A DNA stretch of 63,825 bases, filler included, from Welwitschia mirabilis (lineage: Eukaryota), in NCBI GenBank assembly GCA_051453625.1. It is 6 parts of one record of this genome, joined end to end, with 100 filler letters (N's around TTAATTAATTAA, not from the genome) between each part and the next. Parts side by side here need not be neighbours in the genome. Positions count along the whole stretch, not along the records: positions 1 to 13,594 come from JBOZIK010000001.1; 5 more parts are not named here. The stretch is one strand, 5' to 3'. The notes beneath the pieces are model-generated. The model was not told the origin of the DNA. It did no database searches and was given only the letters and a program-made list of their open reading frames with translations. The position numbers and the translations under genes are program-made. Shown one piece after another: positions 1-12,039 of the stretch; within the stretch, counting starts at the first letter, position 1; every line of letters begins with the position of its first letter.

Positions 1-1544
1 AATCTGACTTTATTTTGCTTTTATTTCTTTATCAGTCCATGTTGCTGACAAGACTTTCTTTCCTATTCTTTTGTCATCCTTTTCATTGTTTGGGAAAATA
101 TTTGAAGTGTGACTGAAGTCCTTGTAAGAGTAGTGTTGGGTGTCTCTTCATCCCTCATCTTTTCTTCTTGGTAGTCTTCTAGATTGATCTCCATTTTATC
201 TTCATTGCATAAAGCTCCTAAATCTTCTAGCTATAAAAGCCACTTCATATTCACTTTCCAGTTCTTAGTTAGATCCTTCCTTGATATTAGTGTTTTCATG
301 AGNNNNNNNNNNNNNNNNNNNNNNNNNNNNNNNNNNNNNNNNNNNNNNNNNNNNNNNNNNNNNNNNNNNNNNNNNNNNNNNNNNNNNNNNNNNNNNNNNN
401 NNNNNNNNNNNNNNNNNNNNNNNNNNNNNNNNNNNNNNNNNNNNNNNNNNNNNNNNNNNNNNNNNNNNNNNNNNNNNNNNNNNNNNNNNNNNNNNNNNNN
501 NNNNNNNNNNNNNNNNNNNNNNNNNNNNNNNNNNNNNNNNNNNNNNNNNNNNNNNNNNNNNNNNNNNNNNNNNNNNNNNNNNNNNNNNNNNNNNNNNNNN
601 NNNNNNNNNNNNNNNNNNNNNNNNNNNNNNNNNNNNNNNNNNNNNNNNNNNNNNNNNNNNNNNNNNNNNNNNNNNNNNNNNNNNNNNNNNNNNNNNNNNN
701 NNNNNNNNNNNNNNNNNNNNNNNNNNNNNNNNNNNNNNNNNNNNNNNNNNNNNNNNNNNNNNNNNNNNNNNNNNNNNNNNNNNNNNNNNNNNNNNNNNNN
801 NNNNNNNNNNNNNNNNNNNNNNNNNNNNNNNNNNNNNNNNNNNNNNNNNNNNNNNNNNNNNNNNNNNNNNNNNNNNNNNNNNNNNNNNNNNNNNNNNNNN
901 NNNNNNNNNNNNNNNNNNNNNNNNNNNNGTTTCCTTGGAAATCATCCATATTTGTGATATTCAAGTCTTTGCTTTCTTTGATGGTAATTACTTTGGACTA
1001 AAATCTCTTTGGAAGGGATCTCAATGCCTTGTGTACTACTCTTGACTCCTTGATGAGTTCATCTAGGCCACACATAGAATTGACAATATCTATTAGTTTT
1101 ATAAAAAAATCATTTATACCTTCATCCTCTTTTATCTTGAGATCTCAGAACAAAGTAATCAGCATTTAAAACTTAGCCTACTTCACTAGGCTTATTCCTT
1201 TATGAGCAGTCTGTAAAATATACCATGATTCTTTAGATGTGGTGTAATTTACTACTCATTTAAAATCTTTTAGACCATGAAATAAAAGATAGATTCAATC
1301 CTTTAAAGTTGCATGATGCTGTCATATTTTCATCAGGTGTTCACTTATCTTTACTCTTTAGAGAATTTAGCTCCATTACCGAGTCCTGTATAGTAGGAAG
1401 AAAATAGCCATTAGTGATAGAATCCCATATTTCAAGGTCTATGGATTGAACAAATACCCTCATTTTCACCTTCCAATAACCATTGTTGGTTCCATCAAAG
1501 AAGGGAGGCCTCATAACAGAATTTCCTTCTGAAGGATAGCTTAT
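1..1544 (-). pseudogene. gag: Decayed gag of a Ty1/copia (SIRE/Maximus-like) element, running off the window's left end
   Basis: Minus-strand translation from about 1544 gives SYPSEGNSVMRPPFFDGTNNGYWKVKMRVFVQSIDLEIWDSI, the typical copia gag N-terminus (RPP.FDG.NY.YWK..M). UBN2-like sequence follows near 960-1200. There are multiple stops and frameshifts, and an N gap at 303-928. Confidence 0.88.
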
Positions 1545-1594
1545 TTTCTAGGGTAGATGGAGCAGAGATCTATGAGGATCTATTGCTCAACCTC

Positions 1595-1606
1595 ACTCTC
1601 ATACCA
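1595..1606 (-). promoter_or_regulatory. Primer-binding site (initiator tRNA-Met type) of the first copia element
   Basis: actctcatacca reverse-complements to tggtatgagagt, against canonical tggtatcagagc. It lies between the gag start and the LTR terminus (tg at 1609). Confidence 0.75.
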
Positions 1607-1608
1607 AT

Positions 1609-2809
1609 TGAAGTATAAATCAATCCTAGAGGGTGTTGAATAAGTCATAATAAAATATTCATCTACCTTAAAGACCTACAAATAAAAAGCAAATACACCA
1701 CCAAAAAAATCATAGAATGTTTTTAATGGTGAATAGTCACCATCCTTCAGCTCTTAGACACCACATCTCTAGCTGGCATAGATTAATCTCAACGGTTGGG
1801 TTTTAGGCTCACCAAAAAACTATATAGTCACTAGCAGATTTTAGGGCTAATCCAAAACCATGAAAGAATGGATTTAAGAAAGGTACAAAAATGCACAGTT
1901 ATGATCCACAAGTACAAAATGCAAAGCAAGCTCTTGATAAGCTAGATATGAAGAAGAGAGAAAATCCAAGAGAAATTTGATCTTACAATATTTTAAATAT
2001 AATGCATATAGAACTTGTAACAATGATAGATGTATTATCTCTATTATCAAAAGCAGTTATCTTTACCATTAAGAAGAAGATACTTAAATAGAATAGCTAA
2101 AAAATAGCCGTTTAAAGAGCAGAAGTGGACCGTTGGAAACTAATTTTGTCTTTTTTAGGTAAACTACAAAAGTAAAATGGTTATATTTAGAACACGTTGG
2201 GTCAACCTCATCAGAATCTTGGTTTTCTTAGTATTTTGTTGTCCTTACCATTTTGTTAGGTTGTCCTTTCTCGATTCAGATTTGACAGTTTACTTCTTAG
2301 GTCACTCTTTTAGAAACATTAGATCGTCCTTGCCAAATTTAGTTTTGACAGTTCTACTTTGGAACATTTGGTTGCTCTTTCATAGATAGGAGGTTGACCT
2401 TATTTTGGTTGCCTTTACTTGAAATGTCGGTCAATCTTTTTAGGGTCATTTCTTATCTAGGCAGTAAGGGATTTCCCTTATTTCTTTAGTCACCCTTACT
2501 ATTAGTTAGCTAAAACTAGTTAAATGCAATTTAATCACCCTTGGCCAAATTATCGGTTGTTCACTATTGTCTTAGCCTACAATCAGTTTAATAGTTAATT
2601 ACCTCACATGAAATACATGATCTCCCATGCTAGAACTGTTCTTCTTTTGATTAGCAATTCGGTTTCCCCGATGTAGAATCACCATCACCTACTCTTAAAG
2701 TAGTTTGACCTTATTAACAATCTAGTCACCTGGTACTAAAAAATATCTACAAAATGACTAACTCTACAAAAACTTGTTAATTGATCAATGACAATAGGTC
2801 CTTTCAACA
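1609..2809 (-). mobile_element. 5' LTR (about 1.2 kb) of the first SIRE-like copia element
   Basis: Starts tg 2 nt after the PBS. Contains ctagagggtgttgaataa, like the SIRE U5 motif ctagaggggggtgaatag, and repeated gtcaacc/ggtcac motifs. Ends at ...ctttcaaca. The right boundary is approximate. Confidence 0.7.
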
Positions 2810-3189
2810 ACCCTTGACATTCTCATGATAGGAGATCGAAGGGCTAGAGATCCATCTCAAGAGTTTCAGAAAGATATTCCCTTAGTGAAGGACTTCATCC
2901 TCCATTGAGGATCATCTATTTTGTAATCTATATGCTTATTCTACTCTAATACAAAACTTTGTTTTTCATTTTGCATCTTAATTTTGTTATACTTCCCTTA
3001 TCGTTTATATTATCTTTGATCTGATGACAATTTTATTGATGATATAGGTCTTAAGGGTATTCTTTGTTAAAACTGAAAAAAGCATTGTATTTAGATTTAG
3101 TTGCACTTACCTTGCATCACATATTTACTTTCTTGCATTAGTTCTTAAGTTTTAGTTATGATATTCTCTAAAAAGTAATTCTCATTCTT

Positions 3190-5700
3190 CCCTTGTAAGT
3201 CTTCAATGGGTTATGACATTTGGGTCACTCCCATTCCTACTAGAGTGTGTATTTTGCAATTTATATATTTTTATTAATAAGATTTGAAGTTAGATGTGAA
3301 GTTGCAAAAAGACACATTACAACAATTTTAAAAAACCATGCAATCTTTGGGAGAAATTTATAGTATTTCTATAGTATAATTTTCACTATCTAGAAGAAAG
3401 GTTATGATTTGATGTTTATTACAAGAAGTAGCAATGAATATGGTGTTGTGATATAGCATGCATTTTGGTTGTGCAATTTTAATCTTCTCTTGTGAAAAAT
3501 TTTTACTAAGGGGTTTTCTTAGTTAGGGATAAGACTTCTTTTCTAAGTTTGAATTAACCCCTATGGTGGATTATGATAAACTTCAAATAAACTTAAAATG
3601 ATTTTAAATTAACAACTTACTTTTAGTAGGTACTCCTAATTATATTATACATAGGGGACATCTGATGGCTTCAAATTCATGTGAAGAAATAGAGAAAAAT
3701 ATTTCAATAAGCTAATCACTTATATTAATAAATCTTTTGTTAGATAACCTCTTTTATAATATGGTATGTGATAGTTGAGGGAAATAAATAAAACATATTT
3801 GGCCTATATCCATCAAGGGAAGTTCAAGGAAAATTTTGTTGAGGAATTTAAATAATATTAAGCTTTATTATAAGCAATGCAAAGGGGAAGTTAGGAAGGC
3901 TCTTTATATCATGAAGAATGACAAGGCTCTAGGTGTTAGTAAGTGAAACATTATTAAACTCTTAATGTTTTTTTAATTCTATAGTTAACTAGAATTTGGT
4001 GGTTGTTATCCATAAAGAAATGACTCGTAACTCATGAAAGAGGGGAAGGTTTTTAACCAATATAGCTTTTATCCCTTATAATTTAAGTCCTTATCATCTA
4101 GAAGACTTTTGTTCCATTACTGTACATGTGATTTATAAAATTTTCCCTAAGGTTATTCTTAATAGATTAAGGTTGTTAATGTCCAAGCTCATCTTGGAAA
4201 CTCAATTTGACTTCAGTAAATAAAGAATAATTCAAAACCCAATTAGATTACAAAACAAGCTTAGACATGTCTATAGTAATTTTAATGTTTCATCCATGGT
4301 TATTAAATTGAATATTGTTAAGGCTTATGAGTATGAGAAGTGAAGTGCTATGGCTCAATTGGTTACAAAAAGTATTCTTGATTAAGTTCACTTGAGAAGC
4401 CACTAGAATGTTCATTATTTTGAAGGCTATTTGACTAGTTATTTTCATTGTCTCATGGGCTAATATTTGGCAATCATCTTTTACCTTTTTTTTTTATTAT
4501 TCTGATGGACCTTTTAAACAAAATCCTTAAGAAGGGTCATGTCAAAAGGATTAAATCTTGGAGAGAAATACATTAAAGGAACTCATTTTGCAAGTGACAT
4601 AACTGTATACACAAAATCTTGTAGTAGACCTTATAGAAAAAAGAATTAAAAGCAATAGAGTTATTTTCAAATTTTTGATAGGAATTAGCATCAGCTAGAT
4701 TTTATGTAAACTTTACTATTTCAAATCTTGGAATGATTAAAGAATTTTTAGATCTAAATAGAGTAAAAATCAACTATCTTTATTTGGATATTCTTCTTAT
4801 TGAACCTACAAATTTAGGAGTCTCATCTAGTTAAGACACAAGGATAAGCAATGACTTCAACCCATGCTATATGAAAAAATTATCAAACTTAGCATGCAAG
4901 AGGAGTTAACATAAAGAAAACAAAATATGTAATCCTTTATAATAACATTAAACTTTAGAAAAGGTTGATAATAAGGGAAATGCCTTGGGCTATTTTATGA
5001 AATTAAAAATGCTAAAAAATCATTTTATAAACTTCATGTTTCCAAAGAAAATTTCACAAAAACTAAGAAAAACTAGAGTTATTGAATGACACATAGACAA
5101 TGCTAATTTTCTATTTCAAAGTACCAATTCATTAGGAATAGGATCATCAATTTATAATACTACTTTAGATCTTATCATGTAATGGCTATTAAAAAAGGTT
5201 GAAACTTTAGAGAAGGATTACAAGAATTTTGTAACTTTATGAAATGATGACAATAATTATATGATTTTAGCAAGTAGAAAGAAGATTTTCATTTGTTAAA
5301 GAATAATTCCCCCAATCTTAAAAATATTAAGCTATTCCTTTATGATAGAAAGCATAAATAGAAGCCATGTAAGAAGTCAAAAATCTTAAGCAATGTAATG
5401 CAAAAAATAAGAAAAGTATTAAGTCACATCTTTTTTAAATTTGAGTTAAAAGTTGGCATTTGGAGGTCTAATTAGCTTACAAATTTTTTCTAGTATCAAA
5501 CTATGAAGTAAATCCACCGTTATTTAAGGGTAGAGGATAGGACAATCATTAACGCGTATCTTTAGTAATGCATAAATGTTACCACATTTAATGCATGGGG
5601 CTCCATCAATACATAGGATGATCTTCAAGGTCCAATCACTTGTTCAAATCTAAATTTTTATTGGGGTATTATATTTTGATTGGAGGTGCTTCAGTAAGTG
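3190..5700 (+). pseudogene. Highly decayed L1-type LINE ORF2 (end of endonuclease, reverse transcriptase and C-terminal region)
   Basis: Ordered relic motifs: MKNDKALG (about 3911; cf. M..DKAPGPDG), VIYKIFPKVILNRLRLLMSKLI (about 4128-4195), MVIKLNIVKAYE (about 4296; cf. KLDMAKAYD), HFASDI (about 4584; cf. FADD) and YLDI (about 4781; cf. YLG). Many stops and frameshifts. Confidence 0.8.
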
Positions 5701-7299
5701 AGTATAACTTAAATCTTATAATTTTAAAATTAGTAACCTTAATAAATTAATTATTTTTAAGGATATAAATACCATTTTTAGTGATCATGTTTCACTAATT
5801 ATGCTTTACTCTTAATGATTAAAAAACGTCCATTATAAAGGATTGATACTTAATATTTATTATGTAGGTTATTTTAGTTTGTTTGAGCTTTAAAAAAATG
5901 CTACATCATAACTTGATTGATGCCACCATTAAATCTAAGATGTTGTTATCCTTCTAAATAGTTAATAATCTTGTAAGAACCATCATAAGTATTAGTTATT
6001 AAATAATATATTCAGATCGAAAAAAACCTCTGAAATATAAAAAAAACGTTAAAAAGATTTAATAAATGATAATAAGGATTAACTTCATCTATCTTAATGA
6101 TTAAACAATCTTACTTTTACTAGATTTGACCCCCCTTAGAGTATCAAGTATGTCAAGATAAATGTAAAACCCTAATCCTTATGCTATAAAAGTTAAATAT
6201 ACCTCAAGGATCAAGCATCATCTATCATTCTATCTCATATCATTTCTTAATTATGTTTTTATTTCTCATTTTCAAATTTATCTTGTTATGTCTATTAATC
6301 CCATTATCTCTTGCATGGCTATGATGAGGTTTTATCTCATCATAAGGTCCTAAATACCTTTTCTTCTTCCATAATCATGTAATAATTGCTTCATGAGGTA
6401 ACTCCCTTACCAAGCCTAAGAGCATATTTTGTGATTCATTATTATTTTCTATGAGATTTTCATTAATAATAAATAAAATATGGTATCTAACTAGATCTTC
6501 ATTTTAAAAAAAAAAATTATTGATAGATTTATGATTACTTACATTTCAATAATTCATTTTGAATGTTCTTTTGATTATTATTAATTAAGTTATTGTAATT
6601 CCTTATTAAGGTTTTATTAGGTTACATGATTGATGTAATAGATCTATAGGATGTTAGAGCTCTGACGTCTATCATGGTTTCGATATTTTCTACAATTGAT
6701 TATAATATAATTCATCTTTAAATGATGATGATATTTTAATATTGCAAATTCTTTCATTTTATTTAATGAAATTTAAGATCTATAGTAAACGATCTCTCAT
6801 ACATTTCTAGAACTATTCATTTCTAATAATTAATCATATTGGATAAGAAAATATTAATTTTTCTTATGGTTTTCTTTCTTTAAGCTACTTGTTATTGGTT
6901 TTGTGAATGATCACTTGTAGTGCCTAGGAGAAAAAAGCATTTCTTCCTTGTTTTTTATCTCTCCGTTTAAATAACTTTACTTTTTTTTTCTAATTTAATT
7001 TTAGTTTGAATAAATGATTGTAAGATTTCAAATTTCCTTGCATCCTCTATGAAAAAATGACAATTAGGGTTGTTCATAATATAAATAATAGTCTAGGTTT
7101 CTATTTAAAGTTGCTATGCTCTACCTTCTATATGGTCGCATATCTCTTTCTAAGACAAAGTACACTATGAAAAAGGCAATTTCTTAAAATATAATTTATC
7201 AAGGTGTAGTAGCAGGATAGGTTAAGGCATATGGTACAATCAACACAGATGTTAGAAAACCAATCTCTTTAGTTAAATTTCATGGAAGCTAGAGATCCA

Positions 7300-8124
7300 A
7301 CTTATTTAAATAAATTTTATGGTAATGTTTATGCCTTGAACAGGATCAAATCTCTATAGTAGATGAGTTCTTTAAGAAAATAGGACCATATGAGAGCTAT
7401 ATTATGAATGAGGTTTTTGAGATCTTGGAATAATAGGAAAGTGTAAAATGCATTTAAGATAACTTTGAAATTCATTGTGGAGTTGATAGACCTGAGACAG
7501 AAGAGTGATATCTAGATACAAGCTATGCTAAGCTAAATGATACACTTTAGTTCTTTGAATGTGAAGATAATTTAAAACAACTTAAGGGTTACATTATGAT
7601 ATTATTCTTATCAAAAGAATGACAAATTGTTATTTACTTAATAGAGAAATTATTTGTAATAAATGATAATACTTTAAAACTATATAGTGGATATTTATTT
7701 GAATATTCTTAAGAAAAACTTATTATTAGACAGTTCTTCTTAGTGTTTTTGCATTTTTTGAACTCCTTTATCATGAAAACATGCTAAAAATCAGGCCTTA
7801 AAAAATTTAAAATGTTCTCTAGATGTATCATGAAATTTTTATCCCTAAATACAAGGATACAAATTTCATCATAAGAAGATCAAACAACTCAAGACTGAGC
7901 TAACAACTAGGTTCTCTCACATAGAAAAAATAAATAATGTCTAAAAATTTTGTTTTTTTAATATGGAAACCCCATTATAATTTAGCATCTTACTTTACTT
8001 TTGAAAAGCCATGACAAAAATGTGGATAACTTGGTGTTTTCTCCTTATGTTTCTGACGCTGTGAAAAATGACTTTGATGTCTTTTTAGATTCAAAAAAGG
8101 CACATTTAACTACTAAGTAATATA
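7300..8124 (+). pseudogene. Decayed LINE 3' region (zf-RVT-like and start of plant RNase H-like domain), left half
   Basis: CGVDRPETEE..L..SYAKL at about 7477-7535 resembles zf-RVT C..CG..ET..H....C.YAK.VW. W..P...VKNDFDVF at about 8030-8085 resembles W..P...K.NFDG. Motif resemblance only. Confidence 0.45.
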
Positions 8125-9343
8125 TGAAAGATCTAGAACCTTACAAGTGAGGGGAGAGGAATGATGAATAGGACTTTATTAAAAAAATTCAAAAGCTAAA
8201 AAAAATTCAAAAGCTATTTCCATAAAGTATTAAATAAGAAAAATAACTAAAAATAGAAAATACCAATGGAGATTGATAGACACATGATTTATGGTGGTTC
8301 GGGAAAACTCCTACTCCACTCTTAATAATCATCTTTTACCCAAAACTAATACGAATCTTTGTTACTCACTTTCCAAGTACCTCAGGTTTACCTATAGCCT
8401 TTTACCATTAGACTTTTTAGAGGCTCAATCTCAATCTTTCAAGAGAATACTTTTTAGTGTCAATAGTATGCCACAATGCATAGGATTCACTAGATTTAAG
8501 GTACAACAATGATAATGATATCATGAATCTAAGTACGTACAATGGAAACTTAATTAACTAAAGGACTGATAATAAAAAATATGCTTGTTTGATTTTTTTT
8601 TTTTTTAGTCAGATGAAAAAGATATAATGATTTTGATGGATTAATAATATATAGGATATATATTCTAGGGTTTTACAAGTAGATCTAATTCTCTAGTAGA
8701 TAAAAATAGAAAGGCAACAGCTAGAAAACATCCCATTTTCATCATGATTGATTGACCACTGAAAATGTCTGATTAACTCCATTGAGTGCCATTACTAAAG
8801 TTAGTTGATCTCTTTTTCTTCTAGTTGACCTAAGTTATTTATGTCTCCATGTCTACCCGACCCCATCTGGGATCCAATGGACCACATGTTTAGTTAACCA
8901 CATTTTGGTTTAGTTAATCCCATATGAAAGAGTGAAGAAAAACATATTTAGCCTAAGTCTAATCGACCCCTTAATAATCTGGTTGGTCCCTTGATGATAA
9001 AAAAAATTTTAGTCTAAGTCCATTTAATCCCTGAGGAATCTAGTTGAACCCTTGATAATAAAATTTGAAAACATTTTTCATCTAGGTCTAGTCAACTCCT
9101 TAGGAATTTGTTCGACCCCTCAGTAATCTGATTTTGACACTTTTAGTACAGGTTTGCTCGACCACTTAGGAATTTAGTTAACTCCTTTGAGGGACTATAA
9201 CTTATCAGGTTCAAGAAAGGCTAGTGATAGGTATTTTTGACTTCTGTCTTATAAGGATTAATATTTTCTATAAGGAAAACAACACATTTTACTAAACCAA
9301 AAAATGGTAGTTTGACATTAATTTGACAAATTGTTACTGAACA
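8125..9343 (-). repeat. 3' LTR of the SIRE-type element
   Basis: tgaaagatctagaacc...ttgttactgaaca is colinear along its length with 26155-27394, and is immediately followed by the PPT complement. Confidence 0.9.
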
Positions 9344-9356
9344 ATCTCCCCTTTGA
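9344..9356 (-). promoter_or_regulatory. Polypurine tract
   Basis: atctccccctttg reads caaagggggagat on the minus strand, the typical SIRE PPT, and abuts the LTR. It is duplicated at about 10094-10106 across the gap. Confidence 0.85.
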
Positions 9357-10599
9357 CATTGATGATAAACTATACTTAGTTGAAAATATTAATTTGGAAA
9401 AACTTCCTCTCAAATANNNNNNNNNNNNNNNNNNNNNNNNNNNNNNNNNNNNNNNNNNNNNNNNNNNNNNNNNNNNNNNNNNNNNNNNNNNNNNNNNNNN
9501 NNNNNNNNNNNNNNNNNNNNNNNNNNNNNNNNNNNNNNNNNNNNNNNNNNNNNNNNNNNNNNNNNNNNNNNNNNNNNNNNNNNNNNNNNNNNNNNNNNNN
9601 NNNNNNNNNNNNNNNNNNNNNNNNNNNNNNNNNNNNNNNNNNNNNNNNNNNNNNNNNNNNNNNNNNNNNNNNNNNNNNNNNNNNNNNNNNNNNNNNNNNN
9701 NNNNNNNNNNNNNNNNNNNNNNNNNNNNNNNNNNNNNNNNNNNNNNNNNNNNNNNNNNNNNNNNNNNNNNNNNNNNNNNNNNNNNNNNNNNNNNNNNNNN
9801 NNNNNNNNNNNNNNNNNNNNNNNNNNNNNNNNNNNNNNNNNNNNNNNNNNNNNNNNNNNNNNNNNNNNNNNNNNNNNNNNNNNNNNNNNNNNNNNNNNNN
9901 NNNNNNNNNNNNNNNNNNNNNNNNNNNNNNNNNNNNNNNNNNNNNNNNNNNNNNNNNNNNNNNNNNNNNNNNNNNNNNNNNNNNNNNNNNNNNNNNNNNN
10001 NNNNNNNNNNNNNNNNNNNNNNNNNNNNNNNNNNNNNNNNNNNNNNNNNNNNNNNNNNNNNNNNNNNNNNNNNNNNNNNNNNNNNNNNTAACAATCTCCC
10101 CTTTGACATTGATGATAAACTATACTTAGTTGAAAATATTAATTTAAAAATTCCCCCTCAAAGAATAACCATTAGATTTGCAAAAAATTGATGACCATAT
10201 TTATCCAAATTAAAGATTCATAATGGTTTTTCAAAGAGATCCATACATATATATAAATAAATTGAAAGTATAGTTCATGAGACATATGATATGCATTAAT
10301 AGAAATAACAAAAGCATAGTTCATGGGAAATTGAATATGCATTAATTAATAAGATAAAATAATACCAAATGCATTTCTATTAATTAGTTCTAAGTAGTGC
10401 AATGGAAAGATACTCATAAGAAAACGATTATAACTAGGAACAACTAACAATTACAACTAAGAACAACTGATAATAACTAATAATAACTAAGTTTAAAACT
10501 ACTATTTCTTATCGTTTTAACATCAATAACAAATGAAAGGGGAAAAAATAATAAGAACAACTAAAAATAATAGAGATAACAATAGTTTAATTAGATTCT

Positions 10600-11640
10600 T
10601 CTTCTTCTTTCTCCTCCTCAGATTTTTCTTTAGAATCTGGGTCTTCTTCTTTCTCTTCTTCAGCCATCTTTTGAGTAGAGCTATTGGCTTCCTTAGACAT
10701 ATCTGCAACCTTACACCCTACTACAATAAAAGCCTCTTTTATATGTGGAGTATGGGAATCCAGTGTCTTAAGGTATGAAAGAGTCTCTTTAGGAGAGGCC
10801 TTCTTTAGAGAAGGAGACTTAAAAGATTTCTTAGATCTGAAGAAATGTGCATGAGGGATAGAGTTGCATATCCAATGGAAGACATAGGAGTTAAAGTTTC
10901 TAGCTTAGGATGTAGCTAGATTCTAAAATAATGATAGATATTTATGATCAAAATATAGTAAGAAAGAGCCCTAGTTTTATGATATTCTAATCGAGAGACC
11001 ATATTTTTAAGAATAATAATAGTAGAATCAATGAAATAACCAGTTCCTACCAAATAAAATAGATAAGAATAATAGTTACAGGTATTATCATGATGACCTG
11101 GAAGAGGTAAAAAATTGTTAAAAAAAGTAAATAAAGAAAGTAGTATTTTGGAGTAAGGTGAGAGGTGGAAAGGGTGGTTTTCCACCAGATGAGTTTACCA
11201 CAGAGTTTCCTGGTAACCTCTGCCTTATCCTCCATGGAGTTATGCAAGGGCTAAAACTCTTCATAATCTCCTCTAGGAAGATTTGTGAGGGAGGCTATTA
11301 GATCTGTAGTAAATCTAATCCTTCTCCCCAAAACAAAGATTGTAAGGGTAGAGTAATCAACATCAAACAAAGCATTACAGTAAAACATATGATTAAGAAA
11401 AGGTAAGATAATCTAGAAACCTTAAAAAAAAACAAAAGATCAAGTTCATTTAGTAGTCTTATCACATCCCTGAACTCTCTAAGTTCCTAAAGAGAAATAA
11501 GCCTTTTTCAACAAATAGGATTCTTCTCAAACTTCTCAGAGAACTTGTTCAAAACCTCATCTAACATTCTAGAATAAAAATACCCTGAATCTTTACTATC
11601 TGGCTTCTTTTGATAAGCTCTTCTAGAGGGACCCTCTATT
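10600..11640 (-). pseudogene. env-like extra ORF of the SIRE element (putative plant transposon protein type), frameshifted
   Basis: Same sense as pol, lying between RNase H and the PPT. Peptides SYLFLIICFYCNALFDVDYSTLTIFVLGRRIRFTTDLIASLTNLPRG and NNFLPLPGHHDNTC..YLVGTGYFIDSTIIILKNM..ALSYYILII fit the YP.LV..FY.N / N.LP..GH / ID....I...M..LPY..LI pattern of SIRE and Athila env-like ORFs. Confidence 0.75.
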
Positions 11641-12039
11641 ATTTGAAAGCAAATGTACTACCTCAAGATAAAAGAAATGAAAAAATACAACTAGATTTGA
11701 GAGAGAGAGATGGACAAATGTGAATGAGGAAGGTTAGGCCTTGATAAGATTTTATAAAGAGGAGAGATTAAGTCAGATTTAAGGAAAAAATCAAGTCCAT
11801 CACCTATATTCTATTCTATAACCCTATAGGTCTGATTCACTAGGTTTTAATCCTGTGGACATGATGAGATTTGGGTTATAATACTTTTAGATCTAGTTGA
11901 TTGAAATTTTACTCTGGTTAATCTAACTATATTTAGGTCAATCTAGGAAAGACCAGGTAATTGGATAAAAATCTGGTTAACCCAATGTCTTCTCTAGATC
12001 CTATCAATCGAATGCAAGATTCCATTGATCACCTTGCTT

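Noticed and set aside
184..964. Long ORFs of 120-313 aa in the ORF track, here and at the other large N runs (9318-10191, 14258-15125, 24847-25338, 41921-42445, 45937-46863, 50879-51902, 55302-55944)
   Set aside because: They consist almost entirely of X residues translated from N gaps and are not evidence of genes.
1609..2809. Pairing this LTR with the 8125 or 26155 LTRs as one element
   Set aside because: They share only terminal family motifs and are not colinear. It belongs to a separate element extending left of the window.
8291..8512. ORF pair 8291-8512 and 26420-26614 with similar peptides (QSFKR.LF.VN.MPQC)
   Set aside because: Both lie inside the two LTR copies. The similarity reflects LTR homology, and the frames are not conserved end to end.
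10089..10160. Second PPT and LTR end, suggesting a multi-PPT tract or an extra LTR
   Set aside because: It is a near-exact repeat of 9341-9416 on the other side of an N gap. An unmerged contig overlap is the simplest explanation, although SIRE elements can have multiple PPTs.
10523..10778. Lys-rich and Phe-rich ORFs on opposite strands
   Set aside because: These are low-complexity (ctt)n translations of the env-like ORF tail, not independent genes.
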